DNA of 64,000 nucleotides from Promethearchaeota archaeon (GTDB lineage Archaea; Asgardarchaeota; Lokiarchaeia; Sigyniarchaeales; SOKP01): NCBI GenBank assembly GCA_016839585.1, contig JAEOTZ010000071.1:1-64000 (forward strand), given 5' to 3'. This document shows positions 40,238 through 49,618 of the stretch, in pieces. The notes beneath the pieces were generated by a model. It was not told the DNA's origin. It searched no databases and was given only the letters and a program-made list of their open reading frames with translations. Position 1 is the stretch's first letter. Each line of letters begins with the position of its first letter. The position numbers were made by a program, and so were the translations under genes.

Positions 40238-41842
40238 ATGAAGAAAATAGAAAGAGCAATTGTAAGTGTTTTTGATAAGAGTGGAGTTATTAATTTTGTA
40301 AAAGTTCTAGTAAATGAATTCGGGGTTGAGATCTTGTCAACAGGTGGAACAGGGAAATTATTGAAACAAAATGGAATTAAATTTACTAAAATTTCAGAAT
40401 ATACAGAATCACCAGAAATGTTTGATGGAAGAGTAAAAACATTACACCCTAAAATAGAGGGTGGAATTCTTTATCGTAGAAATTTAGAGAATGATCTTTA
40501 TGATGCCGTTAGATATAATATTAAACCAATAGATATGGTCGTTTGCAATTTATACCAGTTTAAAGAAGTATTAGAAAAGCCCGGGATCAAACTTGAAGAT
40601 GCATTAGAGATGATAGATATAGGGGGACCAACGATGATTAGAGCGGCTGCCAAAAATTTTCCTGATGTTATTGTGGTTCCTAGTCCTAACTATTATGATG
40701 AAATTATTAATGAGTTAAGAGAGCACAAAGGTGCCATAACAGAGCAGACTCGTTTAATATTGGCTCAGCAAGTTTTTACAATTATAGCAGACTATAATGC
40801 TGTTATTGCAAATTATTTACAAAAATATTATAACCCAACAGCTTTATTTCCTAATACAATAATTAAAGTTTATGATAAAATCCAAGAATGTAGATATGGA
40901 GAAAATTGGGATCAAGCAGCTGCTTATTACAAAGATGCTTCATCAAAATATGGTTTGCATAACTTAATCCAACTAAGTGGAAAAGAAATTTCGTTTAATA
41001 ACTATCTTGATATTGACACTTGTATACAAATGCTTCTTGACTTCAAAACAGAAAATTATATTACTACAATATTGAAACATACTTCTCCAAATGGAGTGGC
41101 AATAGATAAGAAAAGTCAACTTAAATCAGTTCAGATGGCATTTAAATGTGATCCATTATCTGCTTTTGGAGGAATCTGGGGAATGAATCAAGAACTAACA
41201 GAAACAGTTGCAGATTATATTGTAAATAAAGAAAACATATTTATTGAAGTTATAATGGCTCCTTCATTCGAATCAGAGGCTTTAAAAATTTTAAAAGCTA
41301 AGGAAAACATGATAATATTAGAATTAGTAGATATCCTTAATATGAGAGATGAAATATATAAAAATTTAGAAATTCGAGGAGTTTTAGGTGGGGTTTTACT
41401 CCAAGAATATGATAGCAAAGAGGTTATTAAAGAATGGAAAGTAGTTAGCAAAAAAAAAGTAAGCGAAAATGAAAGAGAAGCGTTAATCTTTGCATATAAA
41501 GTTTCAAAATGGACTAAATCAAATTCAGCATGTTTCGCTCAAACTTACAACAACGGAATTTATACAATAGGAATTGGTGCTGGACAGCAAAGTAGAGTTC
41601 ATGTAGTGAAGTTAGCTATTCAAAAAGCGGTGGAGTTCGGACATAAAGCAGGTCTAAAGAATTCTGTTATGGGTACAGATTCCTTTTTTCCATTTCCTGA
41701 TGGCTTAGAAGTTGCTGTTGATGCTGGAGCAAAAGCAATTATTAATCCAGGTGGATCAATTAGAGATGAAGCAGTAATTAAACGGGCAAATGAATTAGGT
41801 TGTGCTTTAGTATTTTGTGGTAAAAGAGTATTTCGACATTAA
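40238..41842 (+). CDS. purH: Bifunctional AICAR formyltransferase / IMP cyclohydrolase
   Basis: SVFDKSG, STGGT, GRVKTLHP, IDIGGPTMIRAAAKN, RYGEN, DSFFPF.D, RVFRH. Confidence 0.96.
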   Translation: MKKIERAIVSVFDKSGVINFVKVLVNEFGVEILSTGGTGKLLKQNGIKFTKISEYTESPEMFDGRVKTLHPKIEGGILYRRNLENDLYDAVRYNIKPIDMVVCNLYQFKEVLEKPGIKLEDALEMIDIGGPTMIRAAAKNFPDVIVVPSPNYYDEIINELREHKGAITEQTRLILAQQVFTIIADYNAVIANYLQKYYNPTALFPNTIIKVYDKIQECRYGENWDQAAAYYKDASSKYGLHNLIQLSGKEISFNNYLDIDTCIQMLLDFKTENYITTILKHTSPNGVAIDKKSQLKSVQMAFKCDPLSAFGGIWGMNQELTETVADYIVNKENIFIEVIMAPSFESEALKILKAKENMIILELVDILNMRDEIYKNLEIRGVLGGVLLQEYDSKEVIKEWKVVSKKKVSENEREALIFAYKVSKWTKSNSACFAQTYNNGIYTIGIGAGQQSRVHVVKLAIQKAVEFGHKAGLKNSVMGTDSFFPFPDGLEVAVDAGAKAIINPGGSIRDEAVIKRANELGCALVFCGKRVFRH

Positions 41843-42086
41843 TTTTTACATAAAAAAATGGAATTTAAATTATTATTAATATGTTTAAAATTTAATATTT
41901 TGATAGGTTATATCTTTTAAGCAAATTCATCTTACAAGAAAAAAAAATTTATAAAGTTCTAAATATAATTTTATAATACTCAAAAAATCATTTAAACTTT
42001 TAAATATTAATATTTTAAATGAGGAGAGTATTTGAATTGTATATAAATCGTAAATAATTTCTTTAGTAGAGGGATCCTTTTAAAAC

Positions 42087-42374
42087 ATGGATTTTTTCTT
42101 AAAAAACTTGAAGGAAACAATTGATGCTATAAATAAATTAATAGAAAATAACGTAAACATTGTAAACACTAAAAAAATAAGAAGATGTTATAACATTAAA
42201 TCTTCAAATCGTTCAAAGATTAATTTTATTTGGAGATCATTGAATTACCTTGAAAAACAAGGAATTTTAGCAATTAATGGTGCCACAAACCCAAAAACTT
42301 ATAAAATCACGGCAAATGAAAAAATTAATGTTGAAAAGTTCCTTTCCCAGATTGATAAGAATGAAAAAATATAA
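42087..42374 (+). CDS. Small basic hypothetical protein, probable winged helix
   Basis: FIWRSLNYLEKQGIL...PKTYKI resembles a wHTH recognition helix plus wing; GAGGGA upstream. Confidence 0.6.
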   Translation: MDFFLKNLKETIDAINKLIENNVNIVNTKKIRRCYNIKSSNRSKINFIWRSLNYLEKQGILAINGATNPKTYKITANEKINVEKFLSQIDKNEKI

Positions 42375-42398
42375 AATTCATTCGAATTTTAAAACTCT

Positions 42399-45137
42399 TT
42401 AGATTAATTTCAAATTTTCGAGCAAATCATAATACTTTTTCTTGGATTCTTTATCTTCTGGGTTTTTTATAAGTCTTTTTTGATAAAAGATTATATTTGG
42501 ATATTTAATTTCTAAGTCATTGAATAATTTAATCCAGCCATAAAAGACTTTCATATGTTCGTAAACTTCAATATCTTCTTCGAAAGATTTAATTTCTTGT
42601 TTTTCTTTAACATCTTTTAGTAAACTCTTATATTTTTTAATGCTGAATCCTTGATCTCGTAGTAATTTTATATTCACCCTACGGATAAACGATTCTAACC
42701 CATCTCTCCAAAAAATATATTTTTCATTGAGGCGATCAATAGATTCTTCTACTGCTTTAATCTCTTTTGGATAGATCGTTTCATCCTTTTTAATTAGAAT
42801 CTTCTTTATTTTTTGAAATTCTAAATCGAATTTTTGAATATATGAATCCACCATCTTTGAAAATTCATGCAAATTTGTGTTGTAGTCATTTGCAAATAAT
42901 ACTTCATCACTTGAAAATGTTAATGAATTTTCATCAAAATGTCCCCTTAATTTGCGTCTTTTAACTAAATCATCAAAGATATTCCTTAAAAATGTGATCT
43001 CTTCTTCAGATAATTTCTTACCATAAAAAAGATCGTGAAAAGAAAAAAGAAAATTATTTTCTAGCATTAAATTCCGAATACCCCTTTCTGTGTAAAAAAG
43101 TATCTCATCTTCATTATTATAGAAAATTCCTTTTAATTTTCCATCCTCAAGTAAATCTTTAATTAAATCTTCTATTAAATTTGATTTTATATCAAAAGTT
43201 CCTAAAGAAAGATGATCAACAGATCTCGATTTATCAATTAGAGTATATTTGATATCATTTTTCGCATCCTCAATCCTTGCTGGACTAAAAATTATAGTGT
43301 CTCCTTTCTTCAAATAAGATAGCCCTAAATCATTTAAAAATTCGATAAATTTATCATCTTCCATTCCAGTCTTTTCAAGATATTCACTAATTTTTATTTG
43401 TTTTTGATTTTTGATTTCTTCTCCAATTAAACGAAGATTTTCGTCAATTTTTGTTAATATATGATTTTCTTCTATGTTCAATTCATTTGCCAATTCAATA
43501 ATTTGCTCTTTTTTTTCTTCATCTTCAGGGACTAAACTGATTTCGTCAATCCGCTCCTTTAAATACTTTGAATAATAAAAAATCTCTTTACTTTTATCCC
43601 AAATTCCACTTCTCAAATCAACATTATACTCTAAGATATCCATTAGCAATGTTTTCTTAATCAAAAATTTGTCTGATACCTTATTTATATTGAAAAATCC
43701 AACTAACTTTGAATTTTCAATTTCCGTTTTTATTTTTAACAAACCTAAGTTAGTTAACCACTGGGTTCCTTTATGAATGGTAGTTAAGTATTCTTTTGGT
43801 AAATTTTGAATTAATTTGATAAATTCTCTATCTAATAATCTCTCTCGATACGATTTTAAATCAATAATAATATTTTTAGCCGCTTCTGAATTAATTTGTT
43901 CTTTTATTTTTTTTAATGAGTAATAGGCATTTTTACTTTTTCCTAGTAACAGTTGCTTTTTTAAGGATTTAGCTATGGCTTGAATAAGATCGTGCAAAAA
44001 TTTAGGTGGAAGATAATTATAATTTTTTAAATTTACCATTCCATTTATTCGAAAATTGCTTATTAATTGCGATTTCAAATAGTTATAAGGATAAAAATTC
44101 CCTAGATTTGAATAAAACCCATTTATTATTTTCAAGTTGAGCAGTGTTTTTATGAAAATTTTTAATTCTGAATCGCTTTCAATTATTTGAGAAAAATTGT
44201 TAAATATCTTTTCATGAGATATTTTTTTATCTTCTTTGAAAAAATTAAGAAGTTTTTGCTTTTCAATCTCATAAATATAAATTACATCATCCTTTGATTT
44301 GATATAGAAATAAAATTTTTCATCTTTAAGTGAAGATTTTTTAAAAATGTTCATATAATCTCTTAATGTTATTTCATTGTCCTTAGATATTGCTGTGAAG
44401 TTAATCTTTTTCATTAGAAATTGATTATCTAATAAATTAATTAATTTACTAAGTTTTTGATTTTCTAAATCGTATTCTTCCAGAAATGGATAGAATCTTT
44501 TAATAAGATTTAGCAACTCAACAAAGATCTCAGAGTTTTTTTCATGAAAATGTGATTTTATCAATGATTTTGAAGCTTTTCTAAACTTATAGAGCTGATC
44601 AAAATTTAATTCAATGCAATAACTAAGTAATTGCAATAAAGAGATAATATTATCATTGCTTTTTTCGACCAAAAGGCTCTCTATAAATAAGTCTTTATTT
44701 GAAATGACTATTTCTTTGTCTTTTTTAACCAATTGTAATAAGAAATAATGAATATTATCTCTAACATCCTTAGATTCATCCAATAAAAATTGAATAAATT
44801 CAAGAGAGTATTTATTATAGTATTTACTCTTAGCCATAATTGCAAATCCAATTAAAATAATTGAATTTATTTTGAGTTTACTATTATCAGAGTGGAGAAA
44901 ACTTCCAACTTGTTCAATTAAACTTTCAGAAATTAATTCAAAGTTTTTCTCTGCTAAAATGCTCAGGATATAAGTTATAGGTATAGCGAGCGACTCTTGA
45001 TTGATTAATAAGTCTTCTAATTCATTAATTATTTTTAATGCTTTTGTAATCTTATTCTTCTCTAGATATTTATTAAGTCTATCAACAATGAAAATGAGAT
45101 AATTGTTTTCAAATTCTTTCAGATTGAACATATACAA
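42399..45137 (-). CDS. Large protein with a HEAT/ARM N-terminus and tandem winged-helix (PCI/UFL1-like) repeats
   Basis: HEAT-like LHSDNSKLKINS / LLDESKDVRDN; repeated units such as GNFYPYNYLKSQL, GTQWLTN, EIFYYSKYLKERI, LLEDGKLKGIF, RKLRGHFDE. Confidence 0.65.
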   Translation of the reverse strand: MYMFNLKEFENNYLIFIVDRLNKYLEKNKITKALKIINELEDLLINQESLAIPITYILSILAEKNFELISESLIEQVGSFLHSDNSKLKINSIILIGFAIMAKSKYYNKYSLEFIQFLLDESKDVRDNIHYFLLQLVKKDKEIVISNKDLFIESLLVEKSNDNIISLLQLLSYCIELNFDQLYKFRKASKSLIKSHFHEKNSEIFVELLNLIKRFYPFLEEYDLENQKLSKLINLLDNQFLMKKINFTAISKDNEITLRDYMNIFKKSSLKDEKFYFYIKSKDDVIYIYEIEKQKLLNFFKEDKKISHEKIFNNFSQIIESDSELKIFIKTLLNLKIINGFYSNLGNFYPYNYLKSQLISNFRINGMVNLKNYNYLPPKFLHDLIQAIAKSLKKQLLLGKSKNAYYSLKKIKEQINSEAAKNIIIDLKSYRERLLDREFIKLIQNLPKEYLTTIHKGTQWLTNLGLLKIKTEIENSKLVGFFNINKVSDKFLIKKTLLMDILEYNVDLRSGIWDKSKEIFYYSKYLKERIDEISLVPEDEEKKEQIIELANELNIEENHILTKIDENLRLIGEEIKNQKQIKISEYLEKTGMEDDKFIEFLNDLGLSYLKKGDTIIFSPARIEDAKNDIKYTLIDKSRSVDHLSLGTFDIKSNLIEDLIKDLLEDGKLKGIFYNNEDEILFYTERGIRNLMLENNFLFSFHDLFYGKKLSEEEITFLRNIFDDLVKRRKLRGHFDENSLTFSSDEVLFANDYNTNLHEFSKMVDSYIQKFDLEFQKIKKILIKKDETIYPKEIKAVEESIDRLNEKYIFWRDGLESFIRRVNIKLLRDQGFSIKKYKSLLKDVKEKQEIKSFEEDIEVYEHMKVFYGWIKLFNDLEIKYPNIIFYQKRLIKNPEDKESKKKYYDLLENLKLI

Positions 45138-45150
45138 AAATCTTAAATGT

Positions 45151-45909
45151 TTATTGAATTAAGTATTTTTTGAATGGTTCTATTTCTAAAAGATTCTCAA
45201 TATCTTGAAGAATAATCATTGGATTGGATTTCTCTAAGTCATATTTATTACCATGACCAGAAAGTAGAGCAATACTGTTTACTCCTGCATTTTTAGCACA
45301 TTCAATATCAGGAGGTAAATCTCCAATATAAAATACATTTTCTTTATTTATTGAAGAGATTTTTACTTCTTTTTTAATTTTCTTCAAAGCTGCAATTATT
45401 GGATATGCATTTGGTTTTCTATAAGGAGTATCATCACGAGAAATGAAAACAGAAAAGAATTTATCTAAATTAAGCCTCCTTCTAAAATCATTTAGCCTTT
45501 CTCCACTTGTATTTGATACAATTCCCAGAGGTAAACCTCCTTTTTTAAGTCTAATTAAAACTTTTTCTAAATTTTGCGTTAAAGTTTCATATTTCTCATA
45601 TTTAGGATAGGATCGTCTAAACTTAAAAAAAAATAAAATTCTTCTCCATCTACTAGGGATATAATGTTTATATACTCTGTAAACTTTAAGCAATGCTTTG
45701 ATTCTATTTTTTGAATCAGCTTCTTCAAAAAGACGAGCTAAATCAATAAGCCTTAAATTTTCTGTATTTTGCCAATTATAAAATTTTTTTCTTAAATACT
45801 TTAAAGCTGTATATTCGAGAGCTTTTTGAGTTATGATTACGCCATCAAAATCAAATAGAAGAATTGGAGGGTGAGACATAATGTGTATTTTAAAAGTGAG
45901 ATTTAACAC
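45151..45909 (-). CDS. HAD-superfamily hydrolase (phosphoglycolate-phosphatase-like)
   Basis: FDFDGVI, IVSN, RKP, YIGD..PD. Confidence 0.9.
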   Translation of the reverse strand: MLNLTFKIHIMSHPPILLFDFDGVIITQKALEYTALKYLRKKFYNWQNTENLRLIDLARLFEEADSKNRIKALLKVYRVYKHYIPSRWRRILFFFKFRRSYPKYEKYETLTQNLEKVLIRLKKGGLPLGIVSNTSGERLNDFRRRLNLDKFFSVFISRDDTPYRKPNAYPIIAALKKIKKEVKISSINKENVFYIGDLPPDIECAKNAGVNSIALLSGHGNKYDLEKSNPMIILQDIENLLEIEPFKKYLIQ

Positions 45910-46040
45910 TTAAATTTAATCATTATTAACACATAATAATATGAAATTCATTTCTATTTGATAGAAGACCCATTAAAGAAATAAGAAAAATAAAAAAAAT
46001 AAAAAAATAAATTTAATTTAATCCATGTGACACCCAGAAA

Positions 46041-46709
46041 TTACGAATCTACTTCGTCGGGTTCCACACTGACATGGGATAAAAGCCAATCGATTTGTTC
46101 TTCTTTTTTCTTGATATTAAGAACTGTTGGTAAATGAATAACCTCATCTGCTCTTCCTGGTAATAGAGTCATTGAACCTGCTCTCAGTAAAAAGTACTCG
46201 AAAACATCAGGAATTTCTTTTTTTAGACGTAGGCTTTTTACGGGAAATCTTTCGGCAGAGCTAAAAATACCAGATTTGTGATATATTTCATTCCGTTCTA
46301 ATTTCCAATAATCGAATCTACTACTAAGAACAACGAATCCTAAAATAATTGCAAGGACTATTGTGGTTGTAAGATAAAATCCTTCAGTTAATCCTAGATT
46401 GAAGTCTCCAAAATTTATATCTACAGCAATTTCCGGTAAGACAAAAAATGCCAATAGTAAAAGTACAATAACTATTGCCAGAATCATAACAAAGAACTTA
46501 GTTGAAGAAAAGTCAAAAGCGGTTATGAACAGATTTGTGAAAAATACAATCATCCATACTGTCCCTAACCAACCAATAGGTTCCTCATCAAAGAGTTGAA
46601 ATATCCACCAAAAAAAAGAAACCAGAAGTAACGGCCAAAAGAATATGATTTTAGGATAAGATCTTAGATAGATCTCAGTTGGGTATTTAGGTTTTTTTTT
46701 TTCAGACAT
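46041..46709 (-). CDS. Membrane protein (about 4 TM) with a C-terminal bacterial-PH-like domain
   Basis: Four hydrophobic segments, then DYWKLERNEIYHKSGIFSSAERFP...IPDVFEY...GSMTL. Confidence 0.7.
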   Translation of the reverse strand: MSEKKKPKYPTEIYLRSYPKIIFFWPLLLVSFFWWIFQLFDEEPIGWLGTVWMIVFFTNLFITAFDFSSTKFFVMILAIVIVLLLLAFFVLPEIAVDINFGDFNLGLTEGFYLTTTIVLAIILGFVVLSSRFDYWKLERNEIYHKSGIFSSAERFPVKSLRLKKEIPDVFEYFLLRAGSMTLLPGRADEVIHLPTVLNIKKKEEQIDWLLSHVSVEPDEVDS

Positions 46710-46926
46710 AAATTTTCACTATTTTTTTAAAAGTTTTTAATTTAAATAATAGGATTATTAAAATAAAAGATAGATGTGTTATTTAAATATTTTTATCATT
46801 TTGATTGACTTAAAAATAATATTGATATCTTAATTACTAAGCTATTTAATCTATAAGTATAAAAAAAAGTATGGATAGTACATATAGTTTGACTTATAAA
46901 TAGCTGGATTTCTTATTATGTAAGTC

Positions 46927-47607
46927 TTAATCAACGACAACTTGGAGATGACTCAAAAGATCATCAATTTGCTTAACTTTTTTCTTTACGTTTAGGACTG
47001 TATTAAGAATAACGATTTTATTCTTCCATATCATACTAATAGTCCCTGCTTTTAACATCATATATTCAAATAAATCCGGAATTTCTTTCTTGATCCTTAA
47101 ACCTCTAACTGGAAATCGCTCAGTTGATAAAGAAAAAATGCCTTTCTTATGATAAACTTCGTTTCTCTCAATTTTGTAATAATCAAATCTAGTAGTAATA
47201 AAAATCAGTCCTAAAATCAATCCTAAAATTATGGTCATTATCATATAGAACTCTGCTGGAAGTCCGAGATTAAAATCCTCCCCAAGAACCCCTTCTTGTT
47301 CCAAAGTAGGAATTAAACTGAAAAAAATAACTAACAAAACAACAATAACAGTAATGAGAATTAAAACTAAGACTCTATATGATGGAAAATCTAATACAGT
47401 TACACTAAAATTTGAAAAAAATATAACTACCCAAATACCACCTAGCCATGGATTTAATTCCTCTAGAAATGCTTGAATTATCCAAAATAGTATCGATAAT
47501 ACAAATAAGGGTAAGAAAAATATTCCTTTTGAAAAATTTCTTAAAATTATTACGTCTTTTCCCATTAAACTATTATTCTTTTTGTTAATTTCTTCCATAT
47601 TAATCAT
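46927..47607 (-). CDS. Tandem paralog of 46041..46709
   Basis: Shared DFNLGL, RFDY.K.ERNE.YHK.GIFS, ERFPV, KKEIPD.FEY, LLSH. Confidence 0.75.
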   Translation of the reverse strand: MINMEEINKKNNSLMGKDVIILRNFSKGIFFLPLFVLSILFWIIQAFLEELNPWLGGIWVVIFFSNFSVTVLDFPSYRVLVLILITVIVVLLVIFFSLIPTLEQEGVLGEDFNLGLPAEFYMIMTIILGLILGLIFITTRFDYYKIERNEVYHKKGIFSLSTERFPVRGLRIKKEIPDLFEYMMLKAGTISMIWKNKIVILNTVLNVKKKVKQIDDLLSHLQVVVD

Positions 47608-47702
47608 ATTCTAATTAAAATTTTTATATAATGCGGATTTTATTAATTTTCTATATAACACTTAAATTAAAAAAAATTTCTATTCCCTAGTTATGAATAT
47701 TT

Positions 47703-48452
47703 TTAATAAAATGATCTAATAGATCGAACCATCCGATAAGAAAGCTCTATTTGTTGGTTTCCATTTTCACTAATACCCATATGACCAGGAAGAAGATATT
47801 TTACATCTAAATTATTTACAAACTTTATTGATTCGATTAATTTATTTAGGGATCCTCCAGGAAAATCATATCTCCCAAAACTCCCACCTGTAAATACTAA
47901 ATCTCCCGGAATCAATATTCTATGATTTGGTTCATAATAACTTATCGAACCAAGAGAGTGTCCCGGAGTATAATGAATCTGAAAAGTAAATCCAGGAAAA
48001 ATTTGAACTTCTGTTAAACCAATAAGGTCAATAATTTCTAATGGTTCTATTTCTATACCAAACATTTCTGGCCCAATTCCCCAATCTCCGGGAAAAATTT
48101 TGGATTCATTACCTCCCTTTAAGATATTAGCAGTATCACCGTAAGCAAAAATCTTAGGAGGATTTTCTTTCATAACCTCCATTATTTTATAGACTCCTAA
48201 AACATGGTCAACATGTTCATGTGTGAGATATACCTTAGTTATATTATTAGGATCTAAATTTATTTTTTTCATTCCATCAAATAAACCTTTTAGACTTGCC
48301 CCATTGCCTGTATCAAATAGAGCTAGTTCATCAGAATTTTGATCTACAATAATATATTGATTGCAATCTAGCATTTGGTTTTCTGGGAAATAATATAAAT
48401 TATTAAAGACTTTTCTTCCTTCCTTTATTGCTTTACTTCTAGGCATATACAT
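47703..48452 (-). CDS. MBL-fold metallo-hydrolase
   Basis: FDTG, THEHVDH, TPGHS.G, GDLVF, LPGH. Confidence 0.92.
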   Translation of the reverse strand: MYMPRSKAIKEGRKVFNNLYYFPENQMLDCNQYIIVDQNSDELALFDTGNGASLKGLFDGMKKINLDPNNITKVYLTHEHVDHVLGVYKIMEVMKENPPKIFAYGDTANILKGGNESKIFPGDWGIGPEMFGIEIEPLEIIDLIGLTEVQIFPGFTFQIHYTPGHSLGSISYYEPNHRILIPGDLVFTGGSFGRYDFPGGSLNKLIESIKFVNNLDVKYLLPGHMGISENGNQQIELSYRMVRSIRSFY

Positions 48453-48565
48453 AAATTCAAACCATTAATTAATAAAAAATTAAAAATCTCCTAACTTTAA
48501 TCTTTTTCTGTTAAAAGATATAATAAAATAATTAAATAAAAATAATCTAAAAATAATTAATAATT

Positions 48566-48946
48566 ATGTCTAAAGAACCCAAAATTGAAGATTTAAAATC
48601 CAAAATAAGTTTTGGTATTAAAATCTGGTTAGAATTCGAGAATAAAAGTATATTGGGTTCAGGTTGGGCGAATTTGCTTCATAATCTCGAAAAAAATAAA
48701 GAAGGGTCATTGACTCAAGCAGCCAAAGAGTGCAATTACTCATATAAATATGCTTGGAATATATTGAAGAGGATTGAGAAAAGAACAGGTATGAGCCCCG
48801 TTGATACCAGTAAAGGCGGGAGTGGAGGTGGGGGCTGGGTAAAATTAAATGCATGGGGTAGATTTCTTTTAAAGTGTTACAATGAATATTTAGAACAAAT
48901 TAGAAAAGCTGAGAAGAGACTTGGTGAATTGATGAAAATCAATTAA
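48566..48946 (+). CDS. ModE-like (N-terminal HTH) transcriptional regulator
   Basis: KIWLE, GSLTQAAKE...SYKYAW, KGG.GGGG..LN..G. Confidence 0.88.
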   Translation: MSKEPKIEDLKSKISFGIKIWLEFENKSILGSGWANLLHNLEKNKEGSLTQAAKECNYSYKYAWNILKRIEKRTGMSPVDTSKGGSGGGGWVKLNAWGRFLLKCYNEYLEQIRKAEKRLGELMKIN

Positions 48947-49033
48947 TAATTATATTTTAATTTTAAAATTGATTATTTCAAACAAAGGATTAGAAATATA
49001 ATATTGTTTTAAAAAATCATTAGATAGAATAGA

Positions 49034-49462
49034 ATGGTAGAAGATAAATTAAATAAATTCGGGCAAATTAAAGTATCTGAAATTATGATTTATAATCCAC
49101 TTTATGTAACTCCTGATGAGAAAATCAGTACAACAGAACTTCTAATGTTAAGAAAAAATATTGGAGGTCTTCCCGTTGTAAAAGATACAATAAAAAAACA
49201 GCTAGTTGGAATTATAACACAAAGGGACATCCGATTAGCTAGATTTGCTATGAACCTAGAATCTCCAAATAAAACTGTTAAAGATTTGATGACTCCAGAA
49301 CCATTTGTTGTTAAAAAGGACACCACTATAAAGCACGCTTTAGCGCTTACGTTTGATAAAAATATTGAACGTTTACCAGTAGTAAATGAGAATAATGAAC
49401 TAATTGGCTTATTATTACAGAACAATATTTTAAAATCACTATTAGAACATCTAAAACAATAG
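49034..49462 (+). CDS. CBS-pair protein
   Basis: IGGLPVV...LVGIITQRDI; IERLPVV...LIGLL. Confidence 0.9.
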   Translation: MVEDKLNKFGQIKVSEIMIYNPLYVTPDEKISTTELLMLRKNIGGLPVVKDTIKKQLVGIITQRDIRLARFAMNLESPNKTVKDLMTPEPFVVKKDTTIKHALALTFDKNIERLPVVNENNELIGLLLQNNILKSLLEHLKQ

Positions 49463-49618
49463 TTCTATAAAACGAATATAGTAACTCCTTTTATGAAAAA
49501 TTTCGGTGTAAAAAGAAATATAATTAAGAAAATTTTATTATAATAATATTATATTATCATTAAAGAATTTTTAATGATTATTAGGAAATTAGAAAAGAAT
49601 AACAAGTTTTGATCTAGG

